Source: Lama guanicoe
Lineage: Eukaryota
Direction of reading: 5' to 3'
Length of the DNA stretch: 64,000 nt
NCBI GenBank assembly: GCA_013239625.1
Contig: MU054116.1
Location: 62,001 to 126,000, forward strand
A model generated the notes under the pieces. It made no database searches and had not been told where the DNA came from. It saw nothing but the letters and a program-made list of their open reading frames with translations. The translations under genes and the position numbers were made by a program. Positions 25,060 through 36,256 of the stretch are shown here, piece after piece; the first letter of the stretch is position 1; each line of letters starts with the position of its first letter.

Positions 25060-25385
25060 CTATTGGATGGTGGTCTCCATTTTCTAGCTTGTCAGGCAGT
25101 GGCTACTCTCCACTCCTAGAGGTGGAGCGTCTCATGACCTCCTCTGACATCAAAGCCAGAAATAGATAATTTCCTTCATGTCAAATCTAGTACTTGCTTC
25201 AAATCTGCTTCACCAGTAAATGCTCCAATACTTTTTAAAGGTTCACTTGATTAAGTAAGGCCCACCAGGGATAATTTCCTTATCTTAAATTCAACTATTT
25301 TGACTTCTACTACATACGTAAAATCTCTGTACAATAGCACTTGTAACCTTGTGTGACTAAACCCAGCAAAAGGTGTGTGGATATC
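25060..25385 (-). mobile_element. MaLR LTR fragment (MLT1E-like)
   Basis: ttttaaaggttcacttgattaagtaaggcccaccagggataatttccttatcttaaattcaact. Paralogous copy at about 39550-39850. Confidence 0.5.
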
Positions 25386-25967
25386 AAATTATGGAAGTGC
25401 AATTATTTCCAAATTAATTTATAGATTCAATTCAGTGTTAATCAAAATCCAAGTAAAAACTTGTCTACTTGATTATAAAATTCATCTGGAAATTCAAATG
25501 GCCTAGAATAACCAATTCAACTTTGAAAAAAAACAAGTTTTACCACGTACCTTATTTCATTTTAACACTTGTCATAAAGCTAAGTAATTAAGACAGGGTG
25601 TTATTGATGTAAAGGTACAGAAATAAATAGGTCAGTGAAAAAGACTGATACTCCAGAAGTTGACCCTTATGTTTATGGTCAACTGTTTTTTGTAAGAAAT
25701 GCAAAACAATTCACTAGAGGAATGTTAGTCTTTCAACAAATGGCACAGAATAAACTGGATAGCTATATATTTTAATGAAATTTCATACATATCATGTACT
25801 ATTTTAAAATAAATTTACAAGGACTAACTCAAAATGAATCACAAACCCACAACAGAAAACAAACTGTAATACTTCCAGAAGAAATATATGAAGAATATTG
25901 TTATTCAATTAGGCAAAGATTTTTCAAACACAACAGTAAAAACATGATGTATATTTAAAAATGATGA

Positions 25968-26181
25968 CTGGGATTTCAAAACTGTAGAATACATAAACAA
26001 GATTATACTGTATAGCACAGGGAAATATATACAAGATCTTATGGTAGCTCATGGAGAAAATAATGTGACAATGAATATGTATGTTCATGTATAACTGAAA
26101 AATTGTGCTCTACACTGGAATTTGACATAACATTGTAAAATGATTATAAATCAATAAAAAATGTTAAAAATAAAATAAAAA
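25968..26181 (+). mobile_element. Short young LINE-1 3' end insertion (copy A only)
   Basis: TSD TAAAAA(T/C)GATGA at 25956-25967 and 26182-26193. Empty site in copy B at about 40434-40444. Confidence 0.85.
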
Positions 26182-26640
26182 TAAAAACGATGAAATGCCA
26201 CTCACCGAAATTTAAAATTTCTGCTTTTAACAACACACTATTAAGAATATAACTCACCATAAACAGGAAGAAAATAATTTTGAATCACATATCTGTCAAA
26301 GGACTTGTACCCAGACTGTGTAAAGAATTCTTAAAACTCAGTAACAAGAAAACACACAACCAAATTAAAAAATAGGCAAATAATTTAAGCAGGCACTTCA
26401 CCAAGGAAGATACACAGACAGCAACTAAACATACAAATGATGTTCAACACAATTAGCTTTGGATATATATTTTCCAATGATACTAAAGCATTCATATAAT
26501 AAAGGATTTTATTCATATATTAAAGAATTACAAACTTCAAAAGGCCTTAACAGATGTAAAATTTTTATTTAAAGAACTATGTAATTGAAGTGATACAGTT
26601 GTCCTCATGACCTGTGTCATATGCTGCTGTAACATCCTCC

Positions 26641-26715
26641 TGTCTCCAAGGACACAGTCCCCACTGAAGCCTGTGTTACTTGTGTTTTTGCGAAACTTCA
26701 TTAATCAGAGAATTA
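26641..26715 (+). promoter_or_regulatory. Putative OR promoter cassette for the OR at 28722
   Basis: TGTCTCCAAGGACAC plus TTCATTA at 26697. Candidate donor GT|GTAAGT at about 27139. Confidence 0.5.
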
Positions 26716-28721
26716 AGGAAGAGCTCATGATTGCAGGTCAGCAAGGACCATTTTTTTTTTCCATTCAGCGGCACTTTTGAAAAATTAAAAAGAAAAATCA
26801 CATTGGACATTGTATAAGTATTTCTCTCTATCCAGATGATTTAAAATGCATCTCCTCCACCAGTGGAGAGAGTTCATCAGTCTTAACTGTAATTTATTTT
26901 TATTTCAAGGATGGCAATGGCAAGAAAATATTTGGAGGTTTATAATAGCACTAAGTCTACCATATGCAAGTCTTTCTAATGTATTGGAGATGGTGAACAA
27001 AGGGAGATCGATGTGTTCCCAGACATGCTCTGAATTTGAAGACACAAATACCTTTATTAAAATATGACTTTAAACTTTGTAGTCTTAAATTTGCTGTGCT
27101 TAAACAACCATCAGAAGCTCTGATTTACTAACAAAAGTGTAAGTATGATAAAGTTTCACTCTTTGATTGTAATTCCCTTTGTAGGATATACGTTATATTT
27201 CCCTCTGGAAACAAAAATAAATTTCAGCAATAATTTATAGTTTTTATTTTCTTTAGTATTTAATTTTGAGATGTTAATTTTTAGAATAAATTTCCCTTGT
27301 GTACATAAATGTCACTGCCTAGGAGATTTCTATCCTTATGATATGTTAAAAAATCTGTATCTAATTTAATATGAGAAATATTCAGGGTAACTTTGGATAG
27401 ATATTCAACCTCAAATTAAAACGACTGTCTTCCTGTAAATAGAAGCATACAAGCATGCCCTTTCATTCCTCTTCCCATCCCCCTTACAAATAAAACACAA
27501 CTGAAATGATACATTTCTTTACACATTCTTGTGTTCAGATTGAGCACTGTTTGAAAGACAGAAAGATCAGAAACAGATACTTAAATTTTACTGTCAATCT
27601 GTTTACTAATTTCTAGTATAAAATAAGTTGTAATGCCTTGTAGAAAAATAGATATATTTCAAGAATTCAATAATGGTCAAAGTTTGAAGGGTAGAGTAAG
27701 ATTTCACAAGGACTCACATATCATATGAGAGATAAGGAGAAATGACGAAAAGAAGGTAGGTGGACTACAAATATATATACATGTATGTAAATTCCTTCCA
27801 CATCTTAATTTGATATAAATACTTCAATGGCAAACTAAGAGAATTTTAACTTTTGAGTAAGCCATAATCCTCAGTTAGTGATTTTTGTCTTTATTGGAGA
27901 CACTACATAGTCACAACCAGGTCTGCCCAATCTCAGTAAGAAGAGAATGCAGTAAGTTAAACAGCAAAGTAAATATACTCATAAAACAAATGGACCAGGT
28001 ACACAAGGGGAAAATCTTTTTTATTGATTGATGTCAGAAAACTCCATGACGTGAAACACTAACTGTACATTAGAAATATTTGAGTCCCTACTAGTGTAGC
28101 ATCAATGAAGAGAATTCAATGACTGGAAGATGCAGGAGAGAAGAGAGGGCAGTCATCATATGCGTCAGCAGGAAACATATACATATTCAGTAAAGGTAAT
28201 GCAGAAAAAGACATGTGGACTATGTGGTACGCGTTGGTGGGTAAGTAGCAGGCCTTAGATTGTTTGTAAGAATTAAGCAGGCTTAACTTAAAAACAAACC
28301 AGCAAATGAAATTTTCTTTTGGAACAAAGACCTCAAGTTTTGCTCTAGAGTCTACACAGTGAACACAAGTCATATAAGCACTGCCTTAAGAAAGACTCAA
28401 AGTGTCAAGAAAAGATATGGAATCAAGGGTGCAATTTTCTGAATTCATTTCTGAATAGGGAAGAAGTCTTGAAAGCCAAAAGGCATTCTAACTCCCCATT
28501 TAATTACACCTCCTCAGCATCTACTTAGTCATCACTGGAAAACCCTAACCTCAAAATAGACATAAAATGTGAGTATATTTACTCATTTATAGACAATATT
28601 ATATATAATGAAATATAAAAGTTTAAAAGCATTAAATTTTAAATCAGTTAAAATACTCTCTAATCTATAAGCAAATTTTCTTAATATCATACACAGATTG
28701 AACACAAGTCAGAAGTCAGTG

Positions 28722-29649
28722 ATGAGAAACGGTACAGTAACAACATTCATTCTGCTGGGACTCACAGATGATCCTGAGCTACAGGTCCTGATTTTTATCT
28801 TTCTATTTATCAACTACACACTGAGTATAACTGGAAACCTGACNNNNNNNNNNNNNNNNNNNNNNNNNNNNNNNNNNNNNNNNNNNNNNNNNNNNNNNNN
28901 NAAAAATTTCTTTGGAGATCTCACTCACATCTTCTTGTATCCCCAGATACCTGTATAGCATAGCAACAGGTGACAAGGTCACTACTTATAATGCTTGTTT
29001 CATCAAAGGGTTTATCACCGACCTGTGTGGAATAACAGAATTCTATCTGCTGGCCACCATGTCCTATGACCGCTACGTGGCCATCTGCAAACCTCTGCAT
29101 TATGTGACCATCATGAGCAGCCAAGTCTGCAGGATTCTCATCATCTCTTCTTGGATGGCTGGTCTCTGTATTTTAATCCCACCACTTATCCTGGGTTTAA
29201 ATCTAAAATTCTGTGACTCTAACAAGATTGATCATTTTGGCTGTGATGCATTTCCCTTAGTGGAAATCTCATGTTCAGACACATGGTTGATGGAACACAC
29301 CGTTATAATCTGTGCTGTTCTGACCCTGAATATGACTCTTACTTGTGTGGTTCTGTCATATGCTTATATCATCAGGACAATTTTTAGGTTCCCTTCTGTT
29401 CAGCAAAGGAAAAAGGCTTTTTCCACCTGTTCCTCACACATGATTGTGGTTTCGCTTACCTATGGCACCTGCATTTTCATCTACATGAATCCTACAGCAA
29501 AGGAAGAAGTGACCATTAAAAAAGTGGTTTCACTGCTTATTTTTTCTGTTTCACCTACATTGAACCCATTTATTTATACCTTGAGAAACAATCAAGTTAA
29601 GAAAGCCTTTAAGGACTTAATCAGAAGAATTGCCTTGCTCTCATCTTAG
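28722..29649 (+). pseudogene. OR6C-like olfactory receptor, apparently frameshifted (5-bp deletion next to a 58-N gap)
   Basis: MRNGTVTTF start and acceptor acacAG at 28695-28696. The 58 Ns (28844-28901) equal the paralog's 58 missing bases, but after the gap AAT TTC T|TTG GAG lacks 5 bp of AAT TTC TCC TTC TTG GAG. The rest is open to TAG at 29649. The lesion is about 10 bp from a contig edge, so it may be an error. Confidence 0.7.
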
Positions 29650-30879
29650 TAAAAGTAAGTAATATTTTTAAAACATTTTTGCAAAAACAAGGATAAAAAA
29701 TAAATGAAGCTTTATTTTATCATAGCTTGTAATCTTGGTTTTTAATAATACACATGTGAGTAACGTTCATTTTCTCAACATTTCTTTAACCTAGCTTTCA
29801 CTGAGGACCACTCAAGACATTTTTGTATACTCACTATTCAAATTATTATCTGATAGTTTTGCATGTAGACTTCTAAAAAATCGTTTTGAATAAAATTAAC
29901 TTTACAAATTTACACTTTAATATATAATAAAAGTCATTTTTCTAGAAAACAGGGTGAATTTTTGTAGCTTTTTCCAAGTATACACAATAATGCTATGAAA
30001 GACATGCAATAAGAGTAATTTTACATAAAATGTCTAAAATAAAATAATTTCATAATTTAAAATAAATGTGAAAGAATAATAGCACTTCCAAATGGAGAAA
30101 ATAGAAGAAAGTATGTATTACTACAGTGAACACACATAAATAGTAGATGAAATTTTTAAAATATTCTTTTGAACCTGTAGCTGAAATCATTCCAAAATTT
30201 TGAACAGAATGTTAAGAAATAACAATTTAATTTAAAGTGGAACAATATTCTATAAAAGAATGTGGATACTCAGGAGGGTATAGACAGCAATTTGGGAGCA
30301 TGGATTGCAAAATGGATTACATTATAAATCACAGAAACTTAGGTTTGAAGTCTCAGGATAGTGTAGTGGGAGCACTCAGTGACAGAATAGGTGCACACTC
30401 AATGAAAATCTGAATTGAGAAAACCCATGCTCATTTTCACAGAAAGTTTACATTTTTTCTGAAAAGTATTGTCTACTACTTATAGAGCAGTGAGTCAAGG
30501 CGAAACATTCCCAAGTGTATTTGATACCTGTGCCAACATCTAAGACAAATTAAGCTTTTATAGTCCGAATTTGTTCATAATAATCTTAATTATTCAATAC
30601 AACAAACTGAAAAATCCACAAAAATATAATTCTTTGGAAATTACAGTATTTACACCAAATTAATTCATTGCTGTCTGGAAAGCAATGAAATGTAGACATG
30701 GCATCACAAATTATTTGGAACATGGAAAAAAATGTAGTCAATAAAATTTCTGTTAGCTTAAACATATTCAGTACTTATAAAAATGTAAACTAGTCCAAAA
30801 GAAAAGAACTTATAATCATCCTAATAAATTTAAAAAATGAAAAAATTAACAAAAGTAAATGGAAAATGTAACTTACTAT

Positions 30880-31990
30880 GGGTCAAAAGTGAAATCAATT
30901 AATTAAGCCAGTTCTTTGAAAAGTACAACAGCATGAACACCACCCACGTGAATGTGATGAGTACAAAACTGAAATATTCAGTGTTTTATTGGAAGACCTT
31001 GAATACGCAGTAACACAAGAAAACAAAATAATCAAGATCAATATGGGAAAGAATAAATAAAATGATTGAATTTAATTGATTTTAAAGTCTTAGTCACATC
31101 TTCCTTTTCTGAAATGGAAGTCATGTCATACAATGGATGATATCTACCATTGTTCATAGTTTAAGTGGCAACATTTTATTTCAATAGTGATACATTATAT
31201 AATTGTATGTCTTACAACTGATGATGTCCTAAAGTGGATGAAATTTGACATGTGTTTTCTTATCCTGAGGATATGCTTACATATCCAGAAAACTGAAGAA
31301 ACTTAATGGGAAACTAGAGGAATTAATAAGGGAATTTGGTATGCTAGATGAAAAAATTGAAATTATATAAAATCAGTAGACTGTCATATGGAAATCAATG
31401 AGCAAATATTATTTCAGTCATGACAGCCATACAAATGTAATACCAAGAGAATAAATTAAACATAAAAGTACAGTATACATATAAAGAAAGTATAAAAATA
31501 TCTTAAAGGAAATTAAAATAAAATTAGAACAAAAGAAAGGCCATCAATTTTCTTGGCGGGAAAATCTTAATATAAGCATGCATCTAAGTATAGATTCTTT
31601 ATGTATTGTGGAAACACTAATTTATCTATTTATTTGTATATAGTCACTAAGCAAGTAGAATAGTAAAGGAAAACAAATTTTAATGCAGGTTATCTGAAGC
31701 AGAAACCGAGTGATGTAATCATAAAGAAGAGTGAGTAGAAAGAGAAAAAAGAAAAATAATACATTGACCATATAATCCCATGAAACATGAGGGTCTGTGT
31801 ATACATATATGTGGATGTAAATAAAGAAATATTTTTAAAAATATGTTTCCATCTGCAAAATGATAGATGATCAAATTTGGGTTGGGAAGTGAAAAAAACT
31901 GTTATAGTTTATTTTCTTAAAACTAATTCAGTTAAAAAAATACAAAAAAAAAGAAAAATTCCTTTGAATGTGTAAATGTTGCACATTACA
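30880..31990 (+). mobile_element. Highly degraded old LINE-1 ORF2 fragments
   Basis: atgggtcaaaagtgaaatc, gccagttctttgaaaag, aaactagaggaattaataagggaatttggt, ggaaattaaaataaaattag. Confidence 0.45.
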
Positions 31991-32550
31991 CAATGGAATA
32001 TTATTCAGACATAAAAAATAGGAAGCCATGCCATTTGCAACAACATGGACCATAAGGGTATTAAGTGAAATGAGTCAAACAGAGAAAAATACTGTATAAT
32101 CTCATTTATATGTGGCACCTAAAACAGACAAAAAAAAAAACCCTCAAAAAAACCCAACCTCATACAAAAAGAGATCATATTTGTGGTTACCAGAAAAGGG
32201 AGGGCAGTGATAATGGGGGACAGGGATGTGGACAGATTGGATGAAAGTAGCTGAAAGATACAAATATCAGTTATAAGATAAATAAGTATTGGGGATGTGA
32301 TATAGACCATGATAATAATAGATAACACTGCTGTAAGGTATATTTGGAAGTTTTTAAGAGAATAAACCTTAGGAGTTCTACTCTTAAGAGGAAAAATTCT
32401 TATGTCTGTATAAGATGGATGTTAACTAAACTTATTATGGTAATTACTTTACAATGTATGTAAGTAAAGTCATTATGCTGAACACTTTAAACTTGACATA
32501 CAGCACTGTATGTTAATTGAATCTCAATAAAACTGGAAAAAATAAAATAT
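31991..32550 (+). mobile_element. LINE-1 3' end (L1MA9-like)
   Basis: caatggaatattattcag...gccatttgcaacaacatggac...gatggatgttaactaaacttatt...ctcaataaaactgg plus A-tail. Confidence 0.75.
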
Positions 32551-33973
32551 AAAATTCCCAGGACAAACTATAAAAAGAAGAAGAGCACACTAAACTCAAA
32601 ACAAGCAGAATGAAAGCTATCAAAAAAAACAAATTAGAGTTGAAATAAACAAAAAAAGAAAATAGAAAAATCAATGAAACTAAAAGATAGCTATTTGCAA
32701 ATATCAACAAAAGTATATAGAACATGGATGTGAGATAGAAAATTAATAAAAATTTAAATGATGAATAAATCTAAAAGTTGATTCTTTTAAAGTTTTCAAG
32801 AAAATTAATAAATTTCTCAGAAACTTGAATGAATATAAAACAAACAGCAAAATATGTAAGGTTACAAATCTTAAAGAAAATGTAAATACTAAGGCAGTAC
32901 AAATTAGAATAACTTTATGGATGTACTAAAGCAATTCCACAACAACAAAAAATAGGTGAAGATCCAGAGCTAATGAACAAAGTTGTAGCAAACCAGAATT
33001 TTAAAAGTTAATTCAAGATGTGGAAATGAATAGATTCTTACTAAAGATGGTGGAGTGGTAGAACCACAAGTTTGTCTCTCCTTGCAACTACAACAAAACC
33101 ACAAATGAATGCTAAACAACCACGGAAAAAAGACTGGAATCTAGCAAAAAAGATCTTCTGCAACTCGAAACATCAAGAGGGAAACACAGCAGGATGGTAG
33201 GAGGGGATTGCTAGTGATATAATCGGTCCCCATACCCCCCAGTGGGGCGACACACAAGCTGAAGATTTGTTAAGTCTCAGAGGCCCTCCCACAGGAGTGA
33301 GAGCTCTAAGCCCCACGTCAGACTCCCCGGCTCAGGTCCCAACACTGGGAAGAGAAGCAGACCCCAGGACGTCTGGTTTTAAAGGCCAGGGAGACTTAGC
33401 TCTAGGACCCTCACAGGACTGGGGAAAACTGAGGCTCCATTCTCTTGAAAAGTGTACACAGAAACTCACTTGCACCAGGTCCAAGGGCAGAGGCAGTGAT
33501 TTAATAGGAACCCAGGCCAGACGTGCCTGCTGGATTTGAAGGGTCTCCTGGGGATGAGGGGATGGCTGCAGCTCACTTACGGTTCATGTAAGCTGTTGGC
33601 AGACATTCTGGGTATATTAATCTACATGAGGTTTCCTGGAGGCTGATACCTTGATTGGATCATTAGCACCAAGACCTAACCCCACCCAATAGCCTGTAGG
33701 GAAGCCTCAGGCCAAACAACATACAGAGTGGGAACACAGCTCCTCCCATCATCAGACTTCCTAAGCCACAAAGGCCTCTAGACACACCCCTACCCACCAG
33801 AGGTCCAGGACCAAGCTTCACCCAGCAGTGGGCAGGCACTGGCTCCTCCTGCCAGGAAACCTGCATAAGGCTCTAGTCCAGCCTCATCCACTAGGGACAG
33901 ATACTAGAAATAAGAAAACAATAATCCCAAAGCCTGTGGAAGGAATCCATAAACACATAGAAAGACAGACGAT

Positions 33974-34851
33974 ATGAGGCAGCAAAGGAATACCTCCCAG
34001 GCCAAGGCACAAGAAAAAATCCCAGAAGAAGAAATAAGTGATGAGGAGATAGGTAATTTATCTGAGAAAGATTTAAAGTAATGATAGCCAAGATGTTCAG
34101 AGAACTCAAGAGGAGTATAGATGTGCAGTGAAGTTTTTAGCAAAGAGTTGGAAAATATAAAGAATACCCAAACAGAGTTGAAGAATAAAATCATTGAAAT
34201 GAACAATACACGACAAGGAACCAAGAACAGACTAAATGAGGCAGAACGGATTGGTGAGCTAGAAGACAGATTAGTGGAAATCACTACTTCCGAACAGGAA
34301 AAAGAATGAAAAGTAATGAGGATAGTTTAAGAGAAATCTGGGACAACATGAAGCACTCCAAAATTTGCATTATAGTGGTCCCAGAAAGAGAAGAGAGAGA
34401 AAAGACCTGAAAAAATTTTGGAGAGATAATAACTGAAAACTTCCCCAACTTGGGAAAGGAAACAGTCACCCAAGTCCTGGAAGTGCAGAGAGTACCACGC
34501 AGAATCAACCCAAAGAGGAACACACTGAGGCACACAGTCATCAAATTGACAACAATTAATGGTAAGGAGAAAATATTTAAATTAGCAAGAGAAAAGCAAT
34601 GAATAACAAACAAGGGAATTCCCATAAGGTTATCAGCTGATTTTTTGGCAGAAACTCTACAGCTCAGAAGGGAGTAGCATGATACATTTAAAGTGATGGA
34701 AGGGAGAAACTTACAACCAAGAATACTCTATCCAGCAAGGCTCTCGTTCAGACTTAATGGAGAAATCAAAAGCTTCACAGATAAACAAAAGCTAAAATAT
34801 TTCAGCACCACCAAACTAGCTTTACAGCAAATGTTAGAGGACCTTCTCTAG
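33974..34851 (+). pseudogene. LINE-1 ORF1 (disrupted)
   Basis: MRQQRNTSQAKAQEKIPEEEISDEEIGNLSEK, coiled-coil ELENIKNTQTELKNKIIEMNNT, then RINPKRNTLRH, IRLSADF, LQPRILYPARLSF and FSTTKLALQQMLEDLL*. Frameshifts and stops present. Confidence 0.85.
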
Positions 34852-34920
34852 TCATCAAACCATAAGAAAAGAGAACGAAAAGAAGAAAGAGAAAAAAAGA
34901 GAGAGAGAGAGACCTGCAAA

Positions 34921-35420
34921 AGATTGCTTTGGCTGTCTCGGGTCTTTTGTGGCTCCTTATAAATTTTGGAATCGTTTGTTCTAGTTCTGTGAGGAATGTC
35001 ACAAGTATTTTGATGGGGGTTGCTTTGGATCTGTGGATTGCTTTGGGCAGTGTGGCAATTTTGATAGTGTTGATTCCTCCAATCCAAGAGCACAAGAAAT
35101 CTTTCCATTCCTTTGTGTCGTTTTGGTTTTCAGATTATAGGTAACCTCCTTGGTTAAGTTTATTTCTAGGTATTTTGTTGTTTTTGGTGTAATGGAAATG
35201 TCCCGGCCACTTATAAAATTCCGGTTTTTGAAGTGAAAAAAAAAGTGAATGAAGGGCCACAAATGGCAAAATACCCTTCCCTTTTTATGGGTGAGTTGTA
35301 TTCCATTACTTATATATGCTGCATCTCCATTATCTATTCAACTCTTGATGTGCACTCAGGCTGCTTCCGTATCTTGGCAATTATAAATAATGTTGCTATT
35401 AATAGCAGAGTGTATGTACC
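34921..35420 (-). mobile_element. Antisense LINE-1 ORF2 and 3' fragments inside the TSD-flanked element
   Basis: Minus-strand translation CSWIGGINTIKIATLPKAIHRSKATPIKI...ELEQTIPKFIRSHKRP, plus an antisense L1 3' fragment at about 35270-35420. Confidence 0.8.
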
Positions 35421-35559
35421 TTTTTTAGTTAATTCTTATTTTGTGGTTGGCTTTATTCTTTTGATAACTATGTTAAGTTTAAAAAGCTAAAGCTCTAAAC
35501 GTTCTTAGAAACAATAAACAGTACATGTATGCAAATTTAAGAATATATGTACAGTAAAA

Positions 35560-36256
35560 AAAAAAGATCCATCAAGCTATGAAAGACATAGAAGTAACTT
35601 AAAAGACGTATTATCAAACGAAAGAAGCTAGTCTGAAAAGGCTACCAACTGTACAATTCCAACCAAATTACATTCTGGAAAAGGCACAGCTGCAGAAACA
35701 ATAAAAAGATCATGTTCTCCAGGGGTTTATGGAGAGGGAGGGAGGAATGAATAGATGGATAACAAGGGATTTTTAGGGCAATGAAATTATTCTGTATGAT
35801 ACTATAGTGGTGGCTATATGTCATTACACATTTGTAAAAGCCCATAGAATGTACAATATCAAGAGTGAACCCTAATGTAAACTATGGACTTTGGTTGATA
35901 ATAATGTGCCCATGTTGGTTCATCAACTGTACCAAATATACCACACTGATGAGGGATGTTGAGGGTAGGGGAGTATATATGTGTGGGTGGGGAGAGATAT
36001 GTGAGAACTCTGTATTTTCTGCTCAATTCTGCTGTAAACCTGAAACTTCTCTAAAAAAATAAAGTCTATTTAAAACAAAAAAAGAAATATAATTGATTGT
36101 ACCAAATATGCCACTCTGATGAGGGATGTTGAGGGTAGAGGAGTATATATGTGTGGGTGGGAAGGGCTATGTGCGAACTCTGTATTATCTGCTCAATTCT
36201 GTTGTGAACCTGAAACTGCTCTGAAAGAATAAAGCTCATTAAAAATAAAAAAAAAA
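35560..36256 (+). mobile_element. Old L1MC1-like 3' end with a duplicated terminal ~150 bp (period 170)
   Basis: gtgaaccctaatgtaaactatggactttggttgataat motif. Units start at 35928 and 36098, each ending in AATAAA plus an A-run. Confidence 0.75.

Larger units (their letters stand above)
21980..29692 (+). repeat. Ancient tandem duplication unit, copy A (old L1 + MER77 + MLT1 + promoter + OR)
   Basis: Colinear with 36478-46506 (copy B) and 62578-64000 (copy C, partial). All three share gatactcactttcatcattga-type and atctttgaa(a)ggtag blocks. Confidence 0.9.

Noticed and set aside
33974..34851. Possible domesticated or intact L1 ORF1 gene
   Set aside because: Frameshifts and in-frame stops break it; only a 62-codon piece appears in the ORF track.
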